Positions 9,575 through 17,318 of a stretch of 27,975 nt of DNA are shown here, piece by piece; the first letter of the stretch is position 1; each line of letters opens with the position of its first letter. Source of the stretch: a virus (lineage: Duplodnaviria; Caudoviricetes). The notes under the pieces were generated by a model. The model did no database searches, was not told where the DNA came from, and was given only the letters and a program-made list of their open reading frames with translations. Both the position numbers and the translations under genes were made by a program. The stretch is from positions 1-27,975 of IMG/VR virus record IMGVR_UViG_3300020500_000005; one strand, 5' to 3'.

Positions 9575-10226
9575 TTAAAGTATCGTCTGTTGTAGTATCA
9601 TTTGTAATATCCTTTTTAAAATAAGGATATACTTTTAATATTGTTTCATTCATAATAGAATACATAGAAGTTATAAGTCTACTGTCTAAAGGAAACTCTG
9701 TATCTAATAAATCACATACAGGCCCACAAGTCATTTTTACTATTTCATCATCATAAAATAATCCTTCTATTTTAACCCATTTTGGACTATTCAAATCTGG
9801 TACAAATAAGTAATTGTTTTTTATCAAATATTTAAAATCACTTTCCTCTATAAATGAATATCTTTTAAAAGAACCTGAAGACTCAGATAACACTCTATTA
9901 TAAGTATCTCCTCTATCATTGTACACTTTATTTATCATGTTATTAATAGTCTCTGGAATAGGTTTTTTAGACTTCAACCATTTACACCCTGAAGGTAATT
10001 TTTCACAGCATTCATTAGTGTCTGCTAATACTAATTCTACACACTCTAAAGTCTGTAAAGCTAAATTATAGTTAAATCTAGGATCATTTAATCTATCATA
10101 CAATAATTTAGATCTAGCTATTTTCATTAAATGGTAGATATATTTTGTAGGAAAATCTGTATCATCACTAGGTAAACCGTGATCCATAGGTACCCTATAT
10201 CCGCTAATAATTTCTCTTATTGTCAT
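9555..10226 (-). CDS. Putative tail ring protein (Crassvirales structural protein)
   Basis: 223 aa with QTLECVELVLADTNECC...CKWLKSKKPIP and YLIKNNYLFV...VKIEGLFYD...FPLD. It sits just upstream of the IHF-like gene. Confidence 0.65.
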   Translation of the reverse strand: MTIREIISGYRVPMDHGLPSDDTDFPTKYIYHLMKIARSKLLYDRLNDPRFNYNLALQTLECVELVLADTNECCEKLPSGCKWLKSKKPIPETINNMINKVYNDRGDTYNRVLSESSGSFKRYSFIEESDFKYLIKNNYLFVPDLNSPKWVKIEGLFYDDEIVKMTCGPVCDLLDTEFPLDSRLITSMYSIMNETILKVYPYFKKDITNDTTTDDTLNGTKGK

Positions 10227-10231
10227 AGTAA

Positions 10232-10450
10232 TTAATTTTCGTTAATCCATTTAGTATATAAAAATTCAAAATCCTGGTAAGATAAATTATATAGTCTCTT
10301 AGGAGAATTTAAATAGTATTGGTATATATAAGTTAAACTTACTCCATTAATATTATCAGAATTAGTTTGGTTAAAATTACGTTGTTGTTGAGCTTGGTAG
10401 GTTTTTTGCCATGTCTGCCCTCCTTGCATATAAGGGTTATTATAATCCAT
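10232..10450 (-). CDS. Hypothetical protein (Gln/Asn/Tyr-rich)
   Basis: 72 aa, ATG start, TAA stop. It fills the gap between neighbours with 5-6 nt spacers. Confidence 0.65.
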   Translation of the reverse strand: MDYNNPYMQGGQTWQKTYQAQQQRNFNQTNSDNINGVSLTYIYQYYLNSPKRLYNLSYQDFEFLYTKWINEN

Positions 10451-10456
10451 ATTTCT

Positions 10457-11677
10457 TTAAATAAAAATGTGAGTTAATCTTGCCACTTGTCCATATTCTT
10501 TATGGTGAATAAATCCTTCCACTGCTTTAGGTACTCCTGTATAACCATTTCTACTATGCCAACTATCTGAAGCACTAGGGCTTCTTAAACTTTCAATAGT
10601 AACTCCTATATGGTCTTTAGAAGTTTTGTGATGTACATGATGGGTATAAATATATCTATTTTTACATACACTCCAATCCACTGCTTCATGAGCCATCAAT
10701 AATGGTAAATCAGTTTGTTTTGCTCCATCTCCATGTGTAGTACCTATTAAATTATTTCCATATCTATAATACTTTCTATGTGCAATGCTGCAATCAAATG
10801 TAATATTATTAGAATTTCTAAAATAAGTTTTAATGACATCTGCTAAGAAAAAACCATTAGTATAATCATGGTTTGATGGGTTAAATACAAAATGAACATC
10901 AGCTACAGGTATTAACATCATTAATACATCAATATAAAGTTGTTTTGCAATAAGAAAATTGTCATACCACATTCCGTCAGTATCTTGCGGAGTTCCACTA
11001 GTAGTTGTTCGTTTTGGTGTATCAATATGTAATATATCGTTTCCTCCTATAAAAAGAATTTTATCAATATTAAATCCTCTAGATTTATCTAAAATTCCTT
11101 GAACTCCTTGTAGTACTCTTTCTACTGCAATTTGAGAATTATACTCCTCCCCTGTCTCAAAAGATCTTGCAAGTTTTCCCACATGAATATCCGCAGGATC
11201 CACAACTAATAAATGGCCTTCTTCTGTATTGTTCCTTTTTACAATAGGAAATTCAGGAGAAAAAGCTTGTAAATCATTTATTAATTCATTATAAAATTTA
11301 TCTTCATTTTTTTTCTTATATAATGGATTAGTAAAAAACATTGAAGATTTTTCTGTTTTTAACCAGCCGTGTTTTACATCTTCTACAGGCAATCCTATAG
11401 ATACACTTTCTTGGTAGATGGCATTTAATTCTTTCACTGTATCTACCATTTCTGTAGGAACCCATACATTAGTTCCATTTAATGCATTTTTCCTTTCTTT
11501 ATTACCTCTACCAAATTTTTTTAATACATAATTTAAATCTTCAAAAGACATTGGTATTCCGTCTTTATTTAGTTTTTTTAATAAAGTTTTTTTATTAGGT
11601 CGTCCTACTTCTAAATATACTTTATTTATTTCTTTCCAAGCTAAAAACTTGTTTAAAATTTCATTTTTTAATAACAT
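10457..11677 (-). CDS. Calcineurin-like metallophosphoesterase with basic N-terminal extension
   Basis: 406 aa with ordered metal-binding motifs DPADIHVGK, GGNDILH, PSNHD, THGD and HHVHH. Confidence 0.85.
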   Translation of the reverse strand: MLLKNEILNKFLAWKEINKVYLEVGRPNKKTLLKKLNKDGIPMSFEDLNYVLKKFGRGNKERKNALNGTNVWVPTEMVDTVKELNAIYQESVSIGLPVEDVKHGWLKTEKSSMFFTNPLYKKKNEDKFYNELINDLQAFSPEFPIVKRNNTEEGHLLVVDPADIHVGKLARSFETGEEYNSQIAVERVLQGVQGILDKSRGFNIDKILFIGGNDILHIDTPKRTTTSGTPQDTDGMWYDNFLIAKQLYIDVLMMLIPVADVHFVFNPSNHDYTNGFFLADVIKTYFRNSNNITFDCSIAHRKYYRYGNNLIGTTHGDGAKQTDLPLLMAHEAVDWSVCKNRYIYTHHVHHKTSKDHIGVTIESLRSPSASDSWHSRNGYTGVPKAVEGFIHHKEYGQVARLTHIFI

Positions 11678-11697
11678 ATTTTTTTCTGTTTTTTATG

Positions 11698-11705
11698 CAA
11701 ATATA
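11698..11705 (-). promoter_or_regulatory. Bacteroidota-type -7 promoter box (TATATTTG) for the phosphoesterase gene
   Basis: The minus strand reads TATATTTGCA, matching TAnnTTTG, 20 nt upstream of the ATG at 11677. Confidence 0.7.
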
Positions 11706-11778
11706 AAGCTTTTTTTATATATGTATAAAAATTATTTTACAAAATTAAAAAAAAATTATGATTTTATTACTTTTTAGT

Positions 11779-11821
11779 AAAAAAAATAACCCTCGCCCAA
11801 AGGGAATTCAGCGAGGGTTAT
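11779..11821 (-). terminator. Intrinsic terminator
   Basis: 11 bp perfect inverted repeat ATAACCCTCGC (11786-11796) / GCGAGGGTTAT (11811-11821), followed on the minus strand by a T-run. Confidence 0.8.
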
Positions 11822-11856
11822 CTTAAAAAACGTATATATATTATAAAAATATAATG

Positions 11857-11886
11857 CAAATATAATACTTTTTTTATAAATGTCAA
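11857..11886 (-). promoter_or_regulatory. Bacteroidota sigma-A-type promoter (-33 TTG, 19 nt spacer, -7 TATATTTG)
   Basis: Minus strand TTG (11886-11884, part of TTGACA), 19 nt spacer, then TATATTTG (11864-11857). Confidence 0.75.
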
Positions 11887-11918
11887 GAAAAAAATGCATT
11901 TTTTATAAAAAAAGTTTT

Positions 11919-12297
11919 GGACATAGTTTTAACCCTTATACTATTAAGTATAAAAGATAAGTAATATTAAGAAAATAAAGGGTTCTCCCGAAGTTAATTT
12001 TTCGGTATAGACAACAATTAAAAAAACTATTTATCCTGTTTCTATTGGTAAGTTCGTTACAGTATTCCATATATGTCACCATACTTAGGATATATCTGTT
12101 ATCGTATATTATACAGGAAATTGGGTAGCCCAACTCTTACGTCTCTTGATCCTGTTTTTCCTCTCCTATCCCTGAAGGTATCTAAATTGTTAATCCTCGG
12201 AGGTCCTTACTTATTTAAAACTATCTAGTGGAGTCTTATGAACCAGGGTTTCCCCTCAAACGTCAGGCACCAGAAATTTGTCTCAGTTAAATAAATA
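11919..12297 (-). ncRNA. Candidate structured non-coding RNA (unidentified)
   Basis: No convincing ORF, higher GC than the flanking AT-tracts, an upstream TATATTTG box and many nested inverted repeats including a GAAA tetraloop hairpin. Confidence 0.5.
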
Positions 12298-12302
12298 TGC
12301 CG

Positions 12303-12310
12303 CAAATATA
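12303..12310 (-). promoter_or_regulatory. Bacteroidota-type -7 promoter box (TATATTTG)
   Basis: The minus strand reads TATATTTGCG just after the lysis module, pointing into the non-coding island. Confidence 0.65.
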
Positions 12311-12338
12311 CGAACTTATTTTTTAATTGTAAATGTTT

Positions 12339-12812
12339 TTATTTTATACGAATACCAAAAGTTACTGCTAAATGAGGCTGAACTCCTTGAGGAGTGATGC
12401 CTACACCTGGCCCAATAACCAAAGAAAATTTATTATTATTTTTAATATATGTTATATGATCTTGTCGTACTGTATCTCTAATTAACAATGTTTTAACTAA
12501 AGTATCTGATATTTTTATAACAGTATCACATTTATTTAAAGAGTTTTTTAAAGCAACTACTAAACTATCACAAACAGAGTCTTTTCCTGGTTTGTAAACA
12601 GTATCATATTTTACAATATATTTTTTAGATTCTTTATAAGAATTAATAGCAGAGTCTCTAATTACTAGAAAAGTATCTACTTTTTTAGATAAACTATCCG
12701 TTAATTTTTTTATAATAGTTTCATTTTTATAGGTATTGATTCTATTATTGAACCAAAATAAACCTAAAACTATAATTAAAAATCCTATTAATATTTTACT
12801 AAAAGTACTCAT
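12339..12812 (-). CDS. Spanin-like membrane-anchored lysis protein
   Basis: Likely start is ATG 12812 (MSTFSKILIGFLIIVLGLFWF), which avoids overlap with the endolysin. It has an N-terminal TM helix and a C-terminal amphipathic beta segment FSLVIGPGVG...LAVTFGIRIK, and lies directly after the endolysin. Confidence 0.6.
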   Translation of the reverse strand: MSTFSKILIGFLIIVLGLFWFNNRINTYKNETIIKKLTDSLSKKVDTFLVIRDSAINSYKESKKYIVKYDTVYKPGKDSVCDSLVVALKNSLNKCDTVIKISDTLVKTLLIRDTVRQDHITYIKNNNKFSLVIGPGVGITPQGVQPHLAVTFGIRIK

Positions 12813-12816
12813 GATA

Positions 12817-13269
12817 TTATTTAAAAGGACTGTAAACTGTTTTTCCTCCAACTTTACTGGCTACTAATATTTGTTTTCTTTGTTTTCCAGAGGAAGAGTA
12901 TGAAACATGTACCCATGAATAATCAAATTCATTAATAAGTTGATCAAATTCTAAATTTTCCCTTATAAAATCAAAGATTTCTTTATTACTTATTTCTGTA
13001 CCATCCATATCAATATCTATTGCCTCACCTCTGGAATGTTGAGAAGTAGTACTGGCCCCTGGGGTTGCTTTATTTAAAGCTGCACTTCTATATCCACTAG
13101 AAATAAATATAGGTCTTCCAAAATGACTTCTAATAGGTTGAAATATTTTTTCTGCTAATATTTTTAAATTATTTAAATGTATTGCTGTGGGTTCATTTTT
13201 AATACCTAATCTTTTAGCTGTAGAAGATCTAATTACTTCTGCTAATTCTAAATTTTCTGATAATTTCAT
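12817..13269 (-). CDS. Endolysin, peptidase M15 family Zn-peptidase
   Basis: 150 aa with SSGYRS, SQHSRGEAID and SWVHVSY motifs (H-x6-D ... H zinc ligands). Confidence 0.9.
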   Translation of the reverse strand: MKLSENLELAEVIRSSTAKRLGIKNEPTAIHLNNLKILAEKIFQPIRSHFGRPIFISSGYRSAALNKATPGASTTSQHSRGEAIDIDMDGTEISNKEIFDFIRENLEFDQLINEFDYSWVHVSYSSSGKQRKQILVASKVGGKTVYSPFK

Positions 13270-13275
13270 GATTTA

Positions 13276-13671
13276 TTATTTTAATGTGTCTAAATTGTTT
13301 TCTTCACTTTTAAATAAAAGAGATTTTTCTATTTGTTTATATTTTCCTAAAATTCCTTTTGCATAATATACTGTATCATGAATAGTGTCATATATTACTT
13401 CAGGTTTTTTAATTAAATCTTGTTGTAAATCTTTTACTTCTTCTTTTAACTGTGCTACTTCTTTAATTGCTAATTTTCCAATTTGTAAAGTATCTTTTAC
13501 TTTAGTATACAAAACAGTGTTTACTTGTTTTAAACTATCATTATGCTTTCTAATACTTTCTATACTACAATCATAGCATATAGGAGTTGGTTTTTTTTGA
13601 AAAGGAAGTAAAGTAAATAATGTTACTCCTATTCCTGCAACGCTTACTAATAATGGTTTTAAATGAAACAT
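13276..13671 (-). CDS. Membrane-anchored coiled-coil protein (lysis module, spanin-like)
   Basis: 131 aa with an N-terminal hydrophobic segment and coiled-coil EVAQLKEEVKDLQQDL, adjacent to the endolysin. Confidence 0.55.
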   Translation of the reverse strand: MFHLKPLLVSVAGIGVTLFTLLPFQKKPTPICYDCSIESIRKHNDSLKQVNTVLYTKVKDTLQIGKLAIKEVAQLKEEVKDLQQDLIKKPEVIYDTIHDTVYYAKGILGKYKQIEKSLLFKSEENNLDTLK

Positions 13672-13698
13672 AATTATATATTTTTTTTTATTAAAAGA

Positions 13699-13926
13699 TT
13701 ATTTATCAGTTTTATTAATATTACTTAATTCTTTATTTTTTTCTTTTAATTGATTATTAAGAATAATTTCTTTTAATAAATCACTATATTTAGTTTCACA
13801 TAATCTAGCAGCATCTTTATAATCTGATAATGTTTTAGATATTAGTATTAATAAAAAAGCTATTATAGCAATAATGTATTTTATTGGAATAATAGTTCCT
13901 TTTTCTTCAATAGTTTCTTTTTTCAT
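13699..13926 (-). CDS. Small single-TM protein (lysis module)
   Basis: 75 aa with the hydrophobic helix YIIAIIAFLLILI. Confidence 0.6.
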   Translation of the reverse strand: MKKETIEEKGTIIPIKYIIAIIAFLLILISKTLSDYKDAARLCETKYSDLLKEIILNNQLKEKNKELSNINKTDK

Positions 13927-13928
13927 AG

Positions 13929-14246
13929 TTATTTTAATTTATCGCTTAAAGTTGAATTTATTTTATTTATAAACTTAACCCCTACAAGTCCTGCAATAGC
14001 ACCTGTAGCTGCAGAAACTGCTGCAGTACTTCCCATATCTAAATCTAATCCAATCCAAGAAGAAGCAATTGGATACATTCTTAAAGTTATAATTATGCTT
14101 AACAAAATTTTTATATAATCTTGTGCATCCATTTTTTTTAACTTATTTAAATTAACAAATAAAGAGCATATAATTGCCCAGAAAGCTCCTGAAGTAATTT
14201 CTATTAAATCTGAATTTCCAAAAAAAGTAAGTAAAAATTTTTCCAT
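13929..14246 (-). CDS. Putative holin
   Basis: 105 aa with about three hydrophobic segments and a basic C-terminus. It is the first gene of the lysis cluster. Confidence 0.55.
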   Translation of the reverse strand: MEKFLLTFFGNSDLIEITSGAFWAIICSLFVNLNKLKKMDAQDYIKILLSIIITLRMYPIASSWIGLDLDMGSTAAVSAATGAIAGLVGVKFINKINSTLSDKLK

Positions 14247-14293
14247 TATTTATTTTTTATATAATAATAAAAGTATTAATTTAATATATTTAA

Positions 14294-14698
14294 TTAAATA
14301 ATAATATAATTAATCCAAGCATTATTTGAAGTAGTTGAAGAATGTCTTAACGTAAAACTTACCCCAGGATTTCTTGTTGCCAGGTTTACTGTAAATAATG
14401 ATATACCATTTACTTCATAAGTGAGAAGAATTATATTTGTATCAGATACTGCAGTATTCAATACTGTAGTGGTGCTTGTGTTTGGAGTTATTTGTACTCT
14501 TCCTTTAAAAGTAATAGGAGCTATCCAGTCTCCCTGTTGATTTAAAACTAATGAAGAACTTCCTGATGAAGAAATTCCTAAACAACTCTTAACAATACAA
14601 CAGAAATTATTACAACTACTATATAATAAATTGTATAGTTTGGTACCTGCTTTGTAACCAAACATTGTTAAAATATCTGCTCTACTTAATCTTTTCAT
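14294..14698 (-). CDS. Short fibre/decoration protein sharing its N-terminal domain with the upstream collagen protein
   Basis: 134 aa. FGYKAG.KLYNLLYSSCNNFCC..K.CLGISSSG...LNQQGDW is shared with 14710..15654, followed by a beta-rich C-terminus. Confidence 0.7.
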   Translation of the reverse strand: MKRLSRADILTMFGYKAGTKLYNLLYSSCNNFCCIVKSCLGISSSGSSSLVLNQQGDWIAPITFKGRVQITPNTSTTTVLNTAVSDTNIILLTYEVNGISLFTVNLATRNPGVSFTLRHSSTTSNNAWINYIII

Positions 14699-14709
14699 TT
14701 ATTTATTTT

Positions 14710-15654
14710 TTAATATGTTTTATTTAATATAAAAATATCACTGTAGATATTATTTGTTGCATTGTTGCTCCCCCATTGCACAGTTACATCTAATGTATTA
14801 TTTATAGTAGTATTAAAAGTAGTATTATTAATTACATTAAACCCAAACCCCTCCACCGTAGCATTAGACGTTTTATTATAATGAAACGATCCTAAAGTAA
14901 CTATAGAAGCTGTTCCAGCACCCCCTAATTGTCTAACAGTAAAATCTATATTTAGAGAAAAAATTCCATTAGTTATATTTGTAATTGGCTGTACACCACT
15001 ATCTAATAATACACTACCATTTGTTCTAACTCTAATTCTAATAGTTTGATTATTTGCAGTAGTCATAACCCCTCCAAATATTGCTCTAAAGCTATCTCCT
15101 ACTTGAAATCCATTTGCAGGAACTGATAAAGTACCCACTCCACCATTTATTAAAGTAGTTTCAACATTTGTACCTGTAATAGGTGAGCTATTTGCTGTTT
15201 GTGCAAACAATCCTGGCATACCTACAGGTCCTGGTACACCCTGTATTCCCTGAATACCTTGAGGTCCTTGAGGACCAACAAATGAATATGTGTTCCAATA
15301 AACCCCTAAAGTAGAAGGAGGAATTAATGCATCATTATTAGCTATACAAATATAATAATTACCAAGATAGTTTACAATATCTCCTATTAAATATTGATTT
15401 GTACCTATTCTTGTTGGGTCCCATTCAAATCCTGAAAGTCCTTGTGGCCCTTGTGGACCCTGTGGTCCTTGAGGACCTGAAGCTGGTACCCAGTCTCCTT
15501 GTTGATTTAAATATAGAGCTATGTTTCCTGAAGAACTTATCCCAAGACATTCTTTAATCATACAGCAGAAATTATTACAACTACTATATAGTAAGTTATA
15601 TAATTTTCTTCCTGCTTTATATCCAAAAAGTTTTACAATTGCTTCTTTTGTCAT
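14710..15654 (-). CDS. Collagen-repeat fibre protein with CBM5/12-like insert
   Basis: 314 aa. GPQ/GIQ triplet runs flank EWDPT...YLIGDIVNYLGNYYIC...PP...YW, followed by a beta-rich C-terminal domain. Confidence 0.75.
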   Translation of the reverse strand: MTKEAIVKLFGYKAGRKLYNLLYSSCNNFCCMIKECLGISSSGNIALYLNQQGDWVPASGPQGPQGPQGPQGLSGFEWDPTRIGTNQYLIGDIVNYLGNYYICIANNDALIPPSTLGVYWNTYSFVGPQGPQGIQGIQGVPGPVGMPGLFAQTANSSPITGTNVETTLINGGVGTLSVPANGFQVGDSFRAIFGGVMTTANNQTIRIRVRTNGSVLLDSGVQPITNITNGIFSLNIDFTVRQLGGAGTASIVTLGSFHYNKTSNATVEGFGFNVINNTTFNTTINNTLDVTVQWGSNNATNNIYSDIFILNKTY

Positions 15655-15663
15655 TGTTAATTA

Positions 15664-17292
15664 TTAAGGAAAAATTAAATATCCACAGCCTATACTATTA
15701 ATATTTGTAGAAGTATTGACTATATTGTTAATTACTACAGCTGTTGTAGCATCTCCCCATTGACTGTTTCCTGAAGTAGGAATAGGAAGTATAGCTCCTG
15801 ATTTAAATATAGCTTTAGAATTATTTCTTAAAGTATAATTAGGAAAAGCTACATTTGTAAATGTAACAATAGAACTAAATAAATTAATTGTACTATTATC
15901 ATTTAAATGAAAAACACTTCCTGTATTATTAAAGTTTCCAGTTAATATAGAGTTAGGATTTCCTATAAATGAAGAGTTATTTAAAACATTAAATCTAGTT
16001 GCAGTATTTGTATCTAAAGTTCCTCCAAAAACAAAGTTACTATTATTTTCTATATTAAAAGGTTGAAAATAACCATTTATTTTTATATTTTCTGTATATA
16101 AATTAGAATTATTACGAACTACAAATGCAATATTATTTAATACAGAAGCATTTTCTCCACTAAATTCTATAAAACTTCCTAAAAAAGAAGCTTTACTATT
16201 ATTATTTAATCTTAATACTTTAGCAATTCTTTCTGTTTGTTGAATTGTAGTATTTTTAATTACTAAAGATGAATTATCAATAATATTAAATAATGTATCA
16301 AAAAAAGTATAATAACCATCTTGAGATTCTTCTTCTGTTATTATATTTACTGTAGAATTATTTTCAGCATATATACAATGTCTAGAATTTAAAGTTCCTA
16401 TCCCTTCTCCATCTGCTAAACCTAAAAACCTTGAGTTTTGTGTAGTAAGATTAGCTGAATTTTTTAAAGTAAATAAAGTAGTTCCTGAACTTAAACTACG
16501 GTGTAGACAATTAGTAGAACGTAAATGGCCTCCATTCATTATAGTAGTATCTCCTTGAACATAAAGATTATCTAATATTAAATTAAAAGAATCTATAATT
16601 AATCCTGCAGGAAAATTTAATGTAGCAGAAGAACCTGTCATGGATTCTATTTGAAAAGAACCAGATTGACTATTCCAGTTAGTAAGGACATTAGAAGATA
16701 AAGTATGATTAGTATTAGCAGCTAATTGTATTCTAACTGGACCTTTAACATCATGATGATATTTTGTAATCTCAGTAATAGCTGTATTAATATTATTAAA
16801 AGGTGCCGATAAAGTAGGACCCACGACAATAGGATAACCTGCTTTCCAAACAGGTTGTCTATCATTTATTAATGTAGTTAAACTAGAGTTCCAACATTTA
16901 ATATGATTCCAAATATTATTTAAAGCAGTAGTTACAGGAGTATTTGTAGGAACAATAGTAGTATTGTTATCACAAGTTTTTATAGCTGCTCCTGTATAAT
17001 CTATAGTATCTGTAGTTGCTGTTGCAGCACATTTAACTGTTTCCCATAATTGAGATAAAAAAGTATTAAATTTTGTTCCTCTGAAAAGAAAATCATTATT
17101 TTCACAATCTTTAAGAGTATCTCCAGTATATACTAAACAATCAGTAGATTGTAATCCATTAGGACATTCTTCCGTAAACTGTTCAGTAGTACAAGATGTA
17201 GTAATAGTTGTAACACAAGTAGGAGTTACTTGAGTACAATCTTGACATTGTGTACAACTTGGACAATTACAATTTGGATAATTTTGACACAT
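15664..17292 (-). CDS. Tail fibre/spike with Cys-rich N-terminus and beta-helix-like body
   Basis: 542 aa starting MCQNYPNCNCPSCTQCQDC, with recurrent F/L-x-x-x-NNS-x-hydrophobic rungs. Confidence 0.65.
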   Translation of the reverse strand: MCQNYPNCNCPSCTQCQDCTQVTPTCVTTITTSCTTEQFTEECPNGLQSTDCLVYTGDTLKDCENNDFLFRGTKFNTFLSQLWETVKCAATATTDTIDYTGAAIKTCDNNTTIVPTNTPVTTALNNIWNHIKCWNSSLTTLINDRQPVWKAGYPIVVGPTLSAPFNNINTAITEITKYHHDVKGPVRIQLAANTNHTLSSNVLTNWNSQSGSFQIESMTGSSATLNFPAGLIIDSFNLILDNLYVQGDTTIMNGGHLRSTNCLHRSLSSGTTLFTLKNSANLTTQNSRFLGLADGEGIGTLNSRHCIYAENNSTVNIITEEESQDGYYTFFDTLFNIIDNSSLVIKNTTIQQTERIAKVLRLNNNSKASFLGSFIEFSGENASVLNNIAFVVRNNSNLYTENIKINGYFQPFNIENNSNFVFGGTLDTNTATRFNVLNNSSFIGNPNSILTGNFNNTGSVFHLNDNSTINLFSSIVTFTNVAFPNYTLRNNSKAIFKSGAILPIPTSGNSQWGDATTAVVINNIVNTSTNINSIGCGYLIFP

Positions 17293-17318
17293 AGTATTTA
17301 TTTTTTATTTATTATTTA

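Noticed and set aside
11936-12133. 65 aa ORF in the non-coding island
   Set aside because: TTG start buried in a hairpin, no A-rich leader like the real genes, and atypical composition. It cannot be wholly excluded.
11678-12338. CRISPR array or iteron array in the intergenic island
   Set aside because: No regularly spaced direct repeats beyond the two promoter copies and short 8-9 nt matches.
12813-12851. Longer N-terminus (MEEKQFTVLLNNI) for the spanin-like gene
   Set aside because: It uses a non-ATG start overlapping the endolysin. ATG at 12812 follows the endolysin stop by 4 nt and gives a clean signal-anchor.
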